Assembly: GCF_026210795.1 (NCBI RefSeq)
Contig: NC_089431.1
Coordinates: 3,286,001 to 3,350,000 of the forward strand
Direction: 5' to 3'
Origin: Rhizophagus irregularis
Taxonomy: Eukaryota
Length of the DNA: 64,000 nt
Both the position numbers and the translations under genes were made by a program. The notes beneath the pieces were generated by a model that was not told where the DNA came from, did not search any database, and was given only the letters and a program-made list of their open reading frames with translations. Positions 13,676-26,809 of the stretch are shown one piece after another. How positions within the stretch are numbered: position 1 is the stretch's first letter; the number at the start of each line of letters is the position of its first letter.

Positions 13676-14218
13676 CTGTAAGCTGCCACCCATCATTAAC
13701 CTCATCTAACCAGTCAAAGTAAACTCTATCCAAATTTTTAAGAAAACATAAAAAGATAGCACTATAATTAAATCTAAAAAAAATAACTAAACATATATAA
13801 AAAATGAAAAAAGATAAAAAAAATATATGAAATGTAGAGGAAACTATTTCTACCGATCACATGGACCATTTTTTAATGAAATTTCAGCAATAATATTTTT
13901 GAAAGACTTATTATAAAAAACGGCTTCTATTGCTAACAACTTTACTTTATAAGAACTTGAAGATTTCCTTAAGCTACTTGACGAAAAGATGTTCACTTTC
14001 TTACTAGAATAAATGTTGCAAGTTTTTAAGATGACTAGCGCAACTGGCATTTATCAAACTGCCACAGACTTCGAACCTGCTATATATAAACGTTTGGAAG
14101 GATTACAAACTACATATGCTGACGAGTTCTACGAACTGGGTGTACCTAAAGAAAACTTCAACACTTTCCTTTTCTTTACTATTAATTTCAAAGATGCGTA
14201 TACATGCCTTCTCTATGA

Positions 14219-14922
14219 TAGGGATCGGAAAAGATTCGATTAAAATCGAAACTATCGAAAATCGATAAGAATCGATTTTAAATCGAATCTCGAATAAAAA
14301 TCGAATCTACTTATTGTGGCGCAGTTTCGTTAATTTGACCGTAAATTATTATTTGTTCATAATCGTTAATTTTTCGCCAAATTCATAATTCCGCCCGCGA
14401 ATCACGTGACAGAACACAAACTTCCTAAAAAGGAAATTTTATCTCCCAATAAAATTCAAGTTGCTATCGCACAAGGTTGTACAAATTTCCAAAAAGGAAA
14501 TTTGTTCGTCGATCACTGTAATTTTTTTGTAATCACGTGATATGTGTTTAAACACACATCTACCCCAGTATCGCCAGAAAATTTTTTCACCCCCACGTGA
14601 CTTTGGCCGGCATTATGAGATTTGGCTGGAATTAAGAAATTAACCATGTGTCGAATAACGTGTGATGAATAGGATTTTAGACACTGAAAAATGCTAGGGT
14701 ACAGAATCACTTTATAAAAAATGAGAAAGTGGAGGGATGTGACACGGGTGACAAATTATTTAGGGTCGCGTGGGGGTGAAAAAATTTTCTGGCGATACTG
14801 GGGAAGATTTAAACACACCTATTATAAATAGTATAAAAAAAAATCGGTATTTGCGAAACGATTAATCGCGATTAATCGATTTTAGAATCGATTCTAATAA
14901 TGGGAATCGATTCCAATCCCTA
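14219..14922. mobile_element. hAT-type MITE (TAGGG termini)
   Basis: TIRs TAGGGATCGGAA / TTCCAATCCCTA (11 of 12 match) and many AATCGA(T) subterminal repeats. The decayed 8-bp TSD (CTCTATGA / CTCTA-A-CGA) can be collapsed to rejoin ORFs 14013.. and ..15115 in frame (LLYDGSDY). Confidence 0.85.
14558..14808. mobile_element. Mutator(MULE)-type MITE (251 bp) nested in the hAT MITE
   Basis: Near-perfect TIRs of about 44 bp (ATCTACCCCAGTATCGCCAGAAAATTTTTTCACCCCCACGTGAC) and a perfect 10-bp TSD TTAAACACAC at 14548-14557 and 14809-14818. Confidence 0.9.
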
Positions 14923-17574
14923 CTCTAACGACGGCAGCGATTACATAAAAAAAGAAAAGGCATCACGTGAGACACAAACAATAATAAATGCACCCAATAG
15001 AATTCTGGGAATACCAGATTTCACTCTGATAGATATGAAAATTATTGAAAAGCCTAAACACCAATCACTAGTTATACCTCCTGTAACACAAATAAAACTT
15101 AATGTACAAGCTTAGCCGTATACCCCAAGAGGAAAGAAGTGTGTGACATATGCCAATATCACAAAAGTGTTCCAGTTTTCGACAATTTCTATACGTCACC
15201 TTCCTTGAGGATAAATGGAATATCAATCTATTTCGCGAAAGGTAAATCTAACGCTAAATAAACGCAGCAGCAGAAGATTAAAAAGTCTAAGCTTACACTG
15301 AAGAAAATGATTTCAACTGTTATGACTGGATATACACCAGAAGATAAGGCTAATGTCTGTGAGATAGTTATTTATGATATCCACTCCACCATGCTATAAC
15401 TTGATATCCTTACGAATCTAGAGAAATAGGGTCAGGTAATTGTGTTCAAAGTAAAGACGTAAAAGAAGTATTCGACTGTGACTGTGTCTATTGACTTCAA
15501 CAAGTGAACTTTGACGAATTGGAATAATGGAGTTTGGACAGCTCTGTTTAGAAGAATGCCTGTATGATAGTTTCCTGTGTCCTGAACTCTGAAGCAATGT
15601 AAAGAACGTGAGAGATTTCAGGTTGTAGTTATGGATATTTTTAAATCTGTTACTAACAATGTAGTATACAATACGGAGAACCCTGCCTAATCGATGCTAT
15701 CGCAATTAGATGGTACTTTACCTTTCAAGATTATTCAAGACTGTGGGTGTAGGAAGTTGATCGCGTATTTTGACACTTAGGCAAGCCTAAATAAAGCATT
15801 CAATACAGATTTTAACTTTGAAGAATTTAAAGGTGTTTGGACTTGATATTTTTCGTCCACTTTGAATCGGCCTAAAAATAAGCCACCAAAGAAGATGGAT
15901 TCTACTTAGAAGTAGAACTAAGACAAGAATCCAAATATTTTGCAAAAGGACTTAGATGGACAGAAATAGAAGGAAAGTCTTTAGGAAATAAGAAGCAATC
16001 TACTTTAAAAAATAAAGGCTTTGATGGCAATGACAAACTTACAATTTTAGCTGAAATTAGGGTATTGCTAAAATCACTGACCAACTGACGGGAGGACTGG
16101 ACCAAATTGGAGTTTTGGGATGTTAGAGTACTCGCCATCTAGTCTAAATTTTATTAATCCTTTTTTTTTACCCTATTATTTTTGTTTAAAATCCTTTTTT
16201 TTTTGTTTGTATTACAGTAGGTCTTGTTGAATTTTCCTAGGATTGAGACTAAGAGGAGGGCATCCCCTTTAAGAAAGAATAATTACACATTGGACTTACT
16301 CTCATAGTCCCAAATTCAGCCTGATAGTGCACACGTGGGATCCTCTTGTAAGATAATGAGTTGTTTATTAGTTACTAAATTAGTTTAAATTTATGTTGTA
16401 TTACTCGTATATGTATTAACGTGAATTTAATTTTAATAAACTAATAAATGTGTTGCAGCGACAAAAAAAAAAATATATGAAATATAGAAGCAAATAAGAA
16501 AATCTGGGCGCTATAATATCGAATTTTGTCTTTATCCTTCTTTTTCCAAGGTGTGTAAGCACAGTTAAATATGAGGTCCAAGGTCTTTATCAAAGGTTGT
16601 TTAAAGAGAAACTAAAGGCAGTTAGTTCCACAATATTGGATAAAGGTTGGACTAAATATTACACCGAAAAAGCCATTGAAATTCCGTAAGAGGTAATCCG
16701 TTCCGTGAGTTATCCCAAAATGGAAGTTTTCTTCTGAGTTTTGAATTATTTGTTGTTGTACTAGCAGTTTTCATAAAGTATTTAAAAACGCGTCAAATTT
16801 GCGACATGTTTTGATCCAAAATGCTTCGGGTGGTGTTCTAATTGGAAGTCTTGTGACTTGACGAATAGGAAACGCCAGTGGGTGTGAGTAATAAACAATA
16901 GGTATTGAAAAAGGTGTAGAAGGAGTTAAAGGCAAAATTTGTTCGTATTATTTGAGTAGGCTAGTTAAAGTCTCCTGAAGGTATTTTTGTGTGAAGTGCT
17001 TATGGTGTCGTAGAGCCATCACGTGTTTCTTGATAGCCTGATCGAGTATTTTGAAAAATGATACTGTAGTCTGTTGGTATAAAGAAAATTGTTGTGAAGA
17101 AAATCCACAAAGTCCTTGTTGTTCAGGAGTTCATTGATCGCTCTTTTCATGTCCAAGATTTAGATATTCCACTTATAAAAGGTAGTTTAATATTATTCTC
17201 ATCTTGTCGTAATCTAAAGCTTGCTTGTTCTGGGTGATACGCCTCTCCAGACCATCTTGAGTCCAGGGACCCCACAAAGAAGAAAACCGCGTAAGATAGG
17301 AAAAAATAATGAAAAAAAAATTGTATTTAATACTAAAATAAACCACTACAAATTCTTTGCTGTCAAGGTTTTACTTGAAGTATTTGAAATAAAATAAAAG
17401 TGTATAAACTATAAGTAAAAAAATAAAAAAATAATAAAAAATATTATTGAAAAATTATGGTCCAAACGTTTAGCAGAAAGAGTCCCCTTAAATATAAAGT
17501 ACTGTGATTCAAAATAAATATTAAACTATTAATAATACAACTCAAAGGTAATGTATAGTAAAATGCATTTTTAG

Positions 17575-17818
17575 TAAGGTTGCTTATCTAAACATCTTCA
17601 AAATCTTACGATTAGTTTCGTCAAAATTTTACTATAGATTTATTATAGTTTTGGCAGAGTTTTGGCAGTTTCGGCATTTATAATAAGTTTCAGCAGTTTC
17701 GCTTTTCTCCAAAGTTTTGCCAGTTTTTTAATATAACTTTAATATAGTTTCAGCAGAATTTCGCTTTTTGGCGAAACGCCATCTTGCCTAAACCCTTAGG
17801 TTTCGGTAAGCAACCTTA
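17575..17818. mobile_element. hAT-type MITE (244 bp)
   Basis: Perfect 12-bp TIR TAAGGTTGCTTA / TAAGCAACCTTA, perfect 8-bp TSD ATTTTTAG (17567-17574 and 17819-17826), and GTTT(T/C)GGCA subterminal repeats. Confidence 0.92.
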
Positions 17819-19000
17819 ATTTTTAGTAATAACTCAGTCAATATTAATGCTAAAAATGCGATTTTATTATCATTAGATTCATCTCATCAAGACAAATCTA
17901 ACAAGTTTAAATTATTTAAAATCCAATTACTGAATCGCTTAAAAATAGGGATATGTATGATAAGAAATTTAAAAATATTCTTAAAATACATAATTCTGAC
18001 TAGAATTAACATATAGCAAATTCTAATATGAGTTGTATAAGAGATGTTCAGGGTTTTATAATACTATTGAAGCAATACTTTTAAATATAATAATATAGTA
18101 ATAGTAATAATTTGAACTTATATAATAATATAATATTTTATAACTAATAATTAGTTTAATATCTTTTCTGGTTGAAAGGAGGGAAGGAATAATTTAAACA
18201 AATATAATACTTAAACATATCAAAATTTTCAGAAGTTTTGGTAAAATCAGAAATATTTGGTACATTCAATTTCAAAAAAGAGAGGGGGTACTTTAAACAT
18301 ATATAAAATAATTTTCAAAAATAAAAGGAAGGAAGATGTTAAACTAAAAATTAATGTGAAATAGCTTTATTAGAAATATTTTATTAAAATAAATTAATAA
18401 TAGTAATTTCATATTTTTATAATTGCTAGCTAGTAAGTAGTAATAAATAATTCAATAAAATATTAAAATTAGTATTATAAAAATGGAATTAAAAAATTGG
18501 CTACAAGTCTATAACAATTACATTAAATAAAAAATATAGATTTTATTAATAATGAATTATATGGTTTATTTTAATAATATTTAATAGTTAATTTTCTTAA
18601 AAGTAAAAAATACTACTAGAATTTTAAATAATATAATAATATCAAACTATATGAGTACTACATTTATTTTTGTAAATTGAACCATTTATTGATATTTTTT
18701 ATTATATACTGAAATTGTGATAATTTAAAGAATAAAATTCTTATCATATTATAAATGTTTCTTAGATATTTTTGATATTATTTTTACCAATTCGTAGTTA
18801 ATCAGTTTGACCATTTTAGCCTGACTTTGGCTTGGAGTCAGACATATTCTTAGACAATTGAATCTGTTTAAGGACATTATCACTGCCACAGTCAACAATT
18901 ACTACTTATTTTGCCCAATAAAAAATAAACACTTCAATTGTTCATAATAAATAGCCAAAAGTCTTCTTTTTGAAAATCGATTCGCTCATCGTTATTTCAA

Positions 19001-20484
19001 ATGTCTGAATCGAACAATTCTTTAAACAAAGAACTTTCTTCTTCAAATAATACTGGGGGAGATAATAAAATTAGAATATTCATTCGCTCCCCGACAACAC
19101 CTTTACCTGACGGTTATTCTATATTAACTAATATTGATTCTTCGGTTCTTTATTTGAAACAAACAATCTTCGAAACTCACCCTTTAAAACCTGTGGTCAG
19201 AGATCAAAAATTGATCTATAGAGGAAGAGTATTAAGCGATAATGACCTGATTGAAAGTATTTTGAAAGACGGACTAGAAACAGACCAAACCTTTCATTTG
19301 GTCGTTAAACCCTCCTTCCAAGCTATTGCTGAAACGACCGGAATACCTATTTCCCCTCCTAATTCTCATTCGTCTTCTCAAAACATTAGATCTCAAGATT
19401 ATACTCAATTATTACAACAGCAGAACGTTGCTGATAATGCCCAAAGTACTGGGCACTTTTATATACCTCAAAATTATGCTCAATACAATTCACAGAATCA
19501 ACAATTACCGGCAACTAACCTGCAATTTCAATTTCCAATGGGATATTATTATGTTATGATCAAGTAGGTTCTGATTAAAGAATAAGAATTTTTTTATTAT
19601 ATTTCTTGATATTAATATGTATATGTTTTTTTATTAGTGGATTACCTTATCTTATGCCAGTTCAATATCCATTTCCTTATACGTATCCATATATACAAAC
19701 ACAACCACAGATGGGTGGACAAATTCAACAACAGCCACTTGTTGCTCCAGTGGAAGAACAACATCATGATAATGCTGCAAGAAATCAAAGAAGAGCTGCC
19801 ACGTTGTGGTTAGTTGTTAAACTTGGTTTCCTTGTATATATTTTTTCGCAAAATGCTAGTGCGGAACGAATGATTTTGTTATATATTTCTGCTTTGGTTA
19901 TTTTTCTGTAAGTAATTAATTTTCACCATAAAGCTGTATTTATATAGACTATAGTATATTGACGTAAATTTTCCTCTAGGTACCAAACGGGTCGTTTGCG
20001 AATAGTACGGAGACGCAGAAGAGTTTTAGTACCATTTCAAAATGAGTTCTTTGGTAGGTAATAAAAATTTTTCAATATATTATTATAGCAAATATATTAA
20101 ACTCTTTCTTCGTATTTGGAAGTTCAACAAATGGCACAAGTTCCAGCTGTCCATAATCAGGCAGGAAATCAACCAAGGCCAGATGGAAATCAAAATATTT
20201 TAAATCAAAACAACAATACATCATCATCGTCATCATCGAATACTACTTCCTCCTCATCAAGTAGTAGTAATAATTCTACAGATAACAATAATACACCATC
20301 AACATCAACAGCCGAACAACAGAACAATATGAATGATAATGTAAATGGAGCAAATGAGATTATCGTACCGCAACAAGAGAATGGACGATCAATTACTTTG
20401 CAGGATATTGAACATGCATTATGGACCTTTGTGGCCTCTTTAATACCCACAAATGTTGCTCAACAGGAAGAAGTTGGGATGTAG
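19001..20484 (+). CDS. HERP/Usa1-like ER membrane protein with N-terminal ubiquitin-like domain (4 exons)
   Basis: Ubl motif LKQTIFETHPLKPVVRDQKLIYRGRVLSD..TFHLVV; hydrophobic hairpin LWLVVKLGFLVYIF..LYISALVIFLYQTG; C-terminal LWTFVASLIP typical of the HERP family. Confidence 0.8.
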
Positions 20485-20832
20485 ATAAGGATAGAGATAG
20501 ATTCAAAGCATTGCAATTTTGTTTAATAATCATGCAAAAAATATTCGATTGTACAATTATTAGAGATTGTACATGAACAAAGAAATTACATTCTTTATTT
20601 GTAATAAGATATAATTACATATTAGTTAATAATAAAATTATTATAGAAGCAATAATAGTTATTTATATTAAATTAAATATATTTAATTATCATTCATGAC
20701 ATTATAGTAATGTTTTATCTGATCTGTTCTTTGTTACTGAATGAGAAGAGACAGGAAATAATTTAATTTGTCATTAATGTAGGAATATGGAAACGAATAA
20801 AAATTTTTGATACTTGCGTTTTTCAAGATTAT

Positions 20833-21648
20833 TTAAAGTGGATTCTGAGCAACTGGTAAGCTTTTCAATTGGTTACTAGTGTCTTCAGAGAATGATGGAT
20901 TAATTCATAAAATTCTTTCTTTATATGAGAAAAAATCCGTACCATTGATAAAAGAAGCCAGTTTCTTCTCAAATATTTGATTTGTTTTCTCTTGGGCAAC
21001 TTCATTTTTCAAAAGCTCAACGACAATCAAATCATGCATTTGCTATAATATTTTTAGTAATATGAGTAAGGTTAATTTGGTTTTAAATATTAAATATTAA
21101 TTTTCTTACCAAATACTTCTCTTTTTCAGATCTCAATTTCTTTACGATAGAAAGCTTTTCATCCTCTAATTCCTCAAATTTGCGTCTATATTCATTAACT
21201 TTATCCTCACTGAATAAAAAGAATTTTATAAATGTCGATAAACTAAAATAATGTTACTTTATGATAAATATAATAGTTACATTTCTTTTTTTTGACGTGA
21301 AACTAGTTCATTGGTTAATCGGGACATATCTTGAATAATTTTTTCGCATTCATTTGATATATGATCTTGTTTACTTTTAACCTTATTTTCCATACGATCT
21401 ATGATAAAAACAATATATTAAATAAGTACGGTAATGAATCCTATTTATTCAGTTACCATGAAAAGCTGCAAAGATTTTAACCATATCTTCTCTATCAAAT
21501 AGGTAAAATTGATTTTATTTAATAAACTAGTCAATAGTTATTTGATAAGTAATTTGTAGTAAAATTACCCATCCTGGTCAAGACTGTTATTAGAATCATC
21601 CTCAAATGCTTTTTGTAAACTATTATGACCCGAATATTTTTGCGACAT
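20833..21648 (-). CDS. Small multi-exon coiled-coil protein of unknown function
   Basis: ATG at 21648 (MSQKYSGHNSLQKAFEDD). GT-AG-bounded exons encode RMENKVKSKQDHISNECEKIIQDMSRL, EDKVNEYRRKFEELEDEKL and QMHDLIVVELLKNEVAQEK, and the last exon is DTSNQLKSLPVAQNPL*. It is absent from the ORF track. Confidence 0.65.
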
Positions 21649-21838
21649 ACTGAATTTTCATTTAAAAATAAGTCGAGAATAGATTGAACAGTATCCAAGG
21701 TGCTTTATTTAGGAGGTATAGGAGGTAAAGAACTTTTGAAAAAGTTTGTGAGCGCAACCATGTTTATGAATAATCAATCGGCTGAATATTATTGGCGGTT
21801 GAGATCGCAAGCAAATGATTAGCTATCAAAATCTAATA

Positions 21839-21893
21839 ACGCGTAAATTACCAGAGCGCACCTCAATATTATGAAAACTTCGAAGCCGCGTTT
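21839..21893. promoter_or_regulatory. MCB-like (ACGCGT and CCGCGTTT) elements in the bidirectional NDC80 promoter
   Basis: ACGCGT at 21839-21844 and CCGCGTTT at 21886-21893 in a CpG-poor background. Confidence 0.45.
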
Positions 21894-21994
21894 CGTACTT
21901 TTCTTTTCTAAAATTATTATATGGTAAATAGAAAATAAGAATATATTTCTAGTGTCAAGTTTAACTCATTTAATAAATTATTTGGAAATAGATA

Positions 21995-24537
21995 ATGGAC
22001 CAATATACGAGAAAAACTTCTTTGCCACAACGTAGAGCCACTTTAGCTAATATTGCGGATTCAAACCAATATTTAGCTAGTTTAAGGCAACAACAACCAA
22101 TGTCAGCCATTCGTCAAAAACGTCAGTCAAATTTTCCTCAAGCTGGACGCGTCTCAAAAGTTGTTTCCGAAGTAGTAAATCCAAAAGGTTTTGGGCGTGC
22201 TGGAAGAAGTTCTATTAGGTGATTATACTCGACTTTTAAAAAATATTTCTACTCTTAATCACATGAAATTTAATTATAAATATTTTATAAAAGGCCGAGT
22301 TCTGCTTTACAAACTATACCACAAGATAGAATAAACGACAATAATAATGTTAGACAAAAAGACTGCCGTCCGTTACGTGATAAACAGTACCAAATGGAAT
22401 CAATTAATTTAATTATTGATTTTTTAAGAAATTCTAATTATCCTTACCCAATTGAACAAAGAAATTTATCAAGCCCTATTGCGAAAGATTTTCTTAATAT
22501 TTTTAGATTCTTATATAATCGTTTAGAACCTTATAAAGATATCCTAAAAACTGAAGACATTGCTGGAGCTTTAAAAGCTATAAAGTATGAATATAATATT
22601 TTCTTTTTTGTCATAATAAACTTTAATTCTTCATTTAATATTATTTAAAAGGTATCCATTTATTCATGATGTCTCAAAATCTTCTTTACAAGCCGTTGGG
22701 AACCAACAGACTTGGCCAATACTTCTTGGTATGTTAAAGTGTTATATAATCATTCTAATAAAATTTTATTAGAACTAATCCTTGTTTTTTTCTAGGAATG
22801 TTAAGATGGTTGGTGGAGGTTGTCGCTGTAAGTATTGAAACGGTTAATTTCATAAAATTAGAATAAAGCTTACGTAAATGATTATTTAATTTATTTAGAT
22901 GTGGGAAAGAGTCGAAACATTAGAAAATGATCAAAATGTGATGAGTTTAGAATTTTTGTTTTTTAATTATCTTGCTGATTCATATGAATTATTTCTTAAT
23001 GGAGCTGACGAATATCCTGAACAAGATGAAGAATTATCAATTAATTTTGGTACGAAAAATTTATTTAAGAATAAATATATGATTTCTACATGATTAACAT
23101 TAAATTATTAGAGCGTATGTGTGAGGAACTCATCAAGACTAATGATGAACTTCAAAGTGCTGTCAATGAATTAGAAAATGAATTAAATCGAATGAGTGAA
23201 ACAAAAGTAAGAAACTTGTTTTTTATATACATATAGAGCATATAGAGACTATTGATAAATTTTTTTAATCAGGATCCATTAACTGAAGTGAGAAATGACA
23301 ATCAAACGCTTCGTTCGGATATGGATAAATTTAATAGTTATACAAAACATTTGGAAGAAAAGAAGAAAAAGCTTAGTGAATCTATTACAAAATTAGAAGA
23401 TCAACAAAGGACAATTGGTAACATTAATTAATCTATTTGTTGTTTAAAAAGTTCATTATATTAAACTAATAAGCATACGTATATATTTTAAAAAAAAATT
23501 TAGAGCTGGAATTAAAACAAAATGAAGAAGAAAAAGAAAAAATACAAAGACAAGTTGATTCTCAACCAATATCTCCTGATGATGTTGAAAGGATGCATAA
23601 AGAAAGTGAACAAATAACGAATAAGCGTAACGTTATAGCAGGGAAAATGAAAGAAATTAATAAACTACAGTGGGAAAAAAAATTAGATGTTGAAAAAGAA
23701 ATTATTGAATTAGAGCATTTAATCCAAAGCCATAATTCTAATCTATTTAGAATTGGTCTTTTACCTTCGTCTTCAAGATTGGCTAATGGAGAAAATTTTG
23801 AATTATCAATTAATGTCGAAGCTGATAGAATCGAAAAAATCATTTCTTTGGATTTGAAAGATACTGTCAGGGTAAGATATAAAAATAAGGGTATTTTCTT
23901 TAATTATTTACTTAATTAATCATCAAATTGGTTTAATTTTAATAGAACAAACTTGCAGAAGTTCGAAAAGAATTTATTAATGAACTTGATAAAACTCAAG
24001 AACAAATGACTCGTGCTAATGAAGATGTACAACATTTAATTGATGACATTGGAGATAAAGAATCGGATTTACATAACTTGGAAGAAACTAAAAATTCTCT
24101 TTCAAAACAATTTGATGAATTAAAAGAATCTGACCAAAAAGAATACGATAATTTAGTTAAACGAATTGTTGCTTTTGAACAAGGAGTTAAACAATCGAAA
24201 TCTAAAGGAAACTCTAATTATATTGAATGTAAACAAAAACGTCAAGAAATTCAGATTCAGTATGTATTTAATATTAATAATGTGTCATTCGAGTCTTTAA
24301 TATTTTTGGTTCGTAAAGGAACTAACTAAAATCATAAAAACTTTTAGTTATGATCATATTTCTAGAGAGTATCATAATGCGAGAGATGCTGCGATCAATG
24401 AATTTAATCAGATTAAAAATGATCAAGTGCGTAGGTTACAAAATATTTCAGCTGCTATTACTAGTCTGACACAGTTATCTAGAGATTATTTGAAAGACGT
24501 AGTGAAGAAAGAAAAGCATCAAAAAGTTCATAGTTGA
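21995..24537 (+). CDS. NDC80: Kinetochore protein Ndc80/Hec1 (multi-exon)
   Basis: CH-domain signature KDCRPLRDKQYQ..IIDFL..P..KDFLNIFRFLY..KYPF..SKSSLQAVG..WPILLGMLRWL, followed by a long coiled coil with Q.ISPDDVERM. Confidence 0.92.
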
Positions 24538-24860
24538 TTTTTTTTGGACTAATAATCTGGTACGTTTCTTTAACATATTTTATATAATTCATTTTTCAGA
24601 CTATGATATACGTAATAATTCAACTTAAAAATGATCAGATCCTATTACATTATAAATTATAAATTTAATTTCTTGCTATCACTGTCTTCATTAAAATAAA
24701 AAATGGTTTAATTAATATCTAACTATTAAAATAGTTGGTATAAGCCTCAACTAAAAAGTATTAATGTATACGTATTAAATAAAGTATAAAGTAGAGTCAT
24801 GTGTATTATTATATATTGTATTAAATACAATTCTATAATATATATGTACATATTTTTTTT

Positions 24861-26658
24861 TTAATCTAATTGTTCCTGTTCTACCTCGCCGGGAGATGTA
24901 ACTGTATTCTTCGTTGATTGAAGAACAGATCCTTCTGGGACAAAAAAATCAGACAATCTCATAGGTCGAATGTTCACTTTCTGTACAAATAAAAATAAAA
25001 TATTTAATAATAAATTAAGAGAGAAAAGCATTTAATTTTTTTAATTTTTTGAAATGATAATATACATCAGGGTCAATATCTGTCAAATCGCCGTCTGATG
25101 TAGAATGGCTACGCATATATTCTCGTATTGGTATCATTGCTGCGTTTCGACATGCCTCTTTCAAATCACTGCCTTTAAAATCGAATAAAAATAAAAAATA
25201 AACGACTTATTTAAGAAGAAAGGTTAAGTATAGATCACATATAAATTACCTGAAAAGTTAGCAGTTTTCGCTACTAATTTGCCAATGTCGAAATTATTCT
25301 CCAAATGTTGATCTTGAAGCATCTAATTAATTGCAATAAATAAACCTTAATATATGCTAATAATAAAAAAAATGGCATGATCTTTGACTCTTACAATATC
25401 TAAAATGTTTTTTCTTTGTTCTTCATTTGGTAAACTGATCGCGAATCGTTTTGGCATACGACGAAGAATAGCATAATCTATATCATTCGGCCTATTTGTA
25501 GCACCAAGAACCTAATTATATTTACAAGCCATAATTATTAACATTCACTAAAATTTAATTCCGGGCTTATAATTAAAATTAATTAAATACAAAATAACTT
25601 ACGATTATGCGTACGCTATCATCTGTAGTTAGGCCATCCCATAAACTATTTAGAAAATTTTAGAATTATTATTTAGCATATAATTAATTATGCATCATGA
25701 ATATTAACATTCGAGAATTCCCACCTCATAAATTCGGCCTTCATCATTCCAGTAACCTCATGATCACTACTTCGCCTTTCTCTCAAAAATGCATCAATTT
25801 CATCAATAAAGATGATACAAGGTTCTAATTTTTTCGCAACTGAAAATACAGCTGATACAAGTTTATTGGATTCACCAAACCATTTGTCCGTTAATGTTGA
25901 TACATGAAGATTTATAAATGTGGCTCCAGATTCACGTGCAAGAGCTTTTGCAAGCATTGTTTTCCCGCATCCAGGTGGACCATGAAGCAAAACACCTTTA
26001 GATACGCCCAACAATCCGGAAGGTGAAGTGAACAAGTGTGGATAAGTTAAAGGATATATAACCGATTCTCTAAGGGATTGAATAATTGGATCAAGTCCTA
26101 TATTTTAAATAAATTTTAATTAAGATTGACAAAAAAAAAAATAATGTAATTCAAAACAATTACCTCCAATCTCTGAAATTAATTGAATTTTAAGGGAAAT
26201 GATCAGTAAAAAAAAACAATATAAAGAATATTACTAAAACCAAAAATAAAAGCATAAATTACGTTTGAAATTAATGGAAATTTCTTCCGGAAAGATTACT
26301 TCGGACAAGATTACTTCTTCGTACTCATTTAGTTTCATGTTTTTTCTCTGTAACGTTTAATCAAATATTCAATTATGATATCACTAAACAGTATAACAAC
26401 AGTAACACTTACTCCTAGTTTTCCTAGCACTTGTTCACTTTTTGCCTTAGCTTCTTTCTTTTTATCCTTCATGGGATCTAAACTACTAAGCACATACTTT
26501 ACGGCATAGTAAAGTGCAACCTGAGATATTGCAAAAACCACGACTAATAAATATAGAGTAAGAAGGAATTAAATTAAAATGGCAACCTGTGATCTATATT
26601 AGATCATAAAAGATAGTTTACCATCGAAAGCATATTTCTTCGCGGTTGGTGGCGGCAT
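24861..26658 (-). CDS. MSP1: Membrane-anchored AAA+ dislocase Msp1/ATAD1
   Basis: N-terminal TM segment; [76 protein letters not shown]. Confidence 0.93.
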
Positions 26659-26736
26659 TTCGTAAAACTAAAACTATCTTAGATCAACTATAAACTGTTC
26701 ATTCAACAAATTTATACGGTAGCGCTGCCGCAGATC

Positions 26737-26744
26737 TCACGTGA
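26737..26744. promoter_or_regulatory. E-box TCACGTGA (bHLH/Cbf1-type site) in the MSP1/RRP43 bidirectional promoter
   Basis: Perfect palindrome in a 151-bp head-to-head gap. The same motif sits in the MAK5/RBM18 gap. Confidence 0.45.
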
Positions 26745-26809
26745 TTCTAAAATTTCGATAGATCGCTATAATTTCAAACTTAGATCCTACTCTCGATTTT
26801 TGGTAAAAC

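Larger units (their letters stand above)
13834..16465 (+). mobile_element. ORF1-only non-LTR retroelement (decayed LINE ORF1-like frame, poly(A), TSD)
   Basis: 18-bp TSD AAAAAAAATATATGAAAT at 13816-13833 and 16466-16483, and AATAAA upstream of the A-run. A stop-riddled frame (KKYSTVTVSIDFN..GVWTA..KERERFQ..LAEIRVLLKSL) ends at about 16088 and is homologous to 55060-55841. No RT or endonuclease frame is visible. Confidence 0.8.
12734..17487 (-). mobile_element. Non-autonomous non-LTR retroelement (about 1.7 kb after removing nested insertions)
   Basis: Perfect 16-bp TSD TTAAATATAAAGTACT at 12718-12733 and 17488-17503. A poly(T) tract at 12734-12753 is the poly(A) tail on the - strand. The 5' end starts GGGGACTC. 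The 3' tail is homologous to 16320-16465. Confidence 0.85.
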
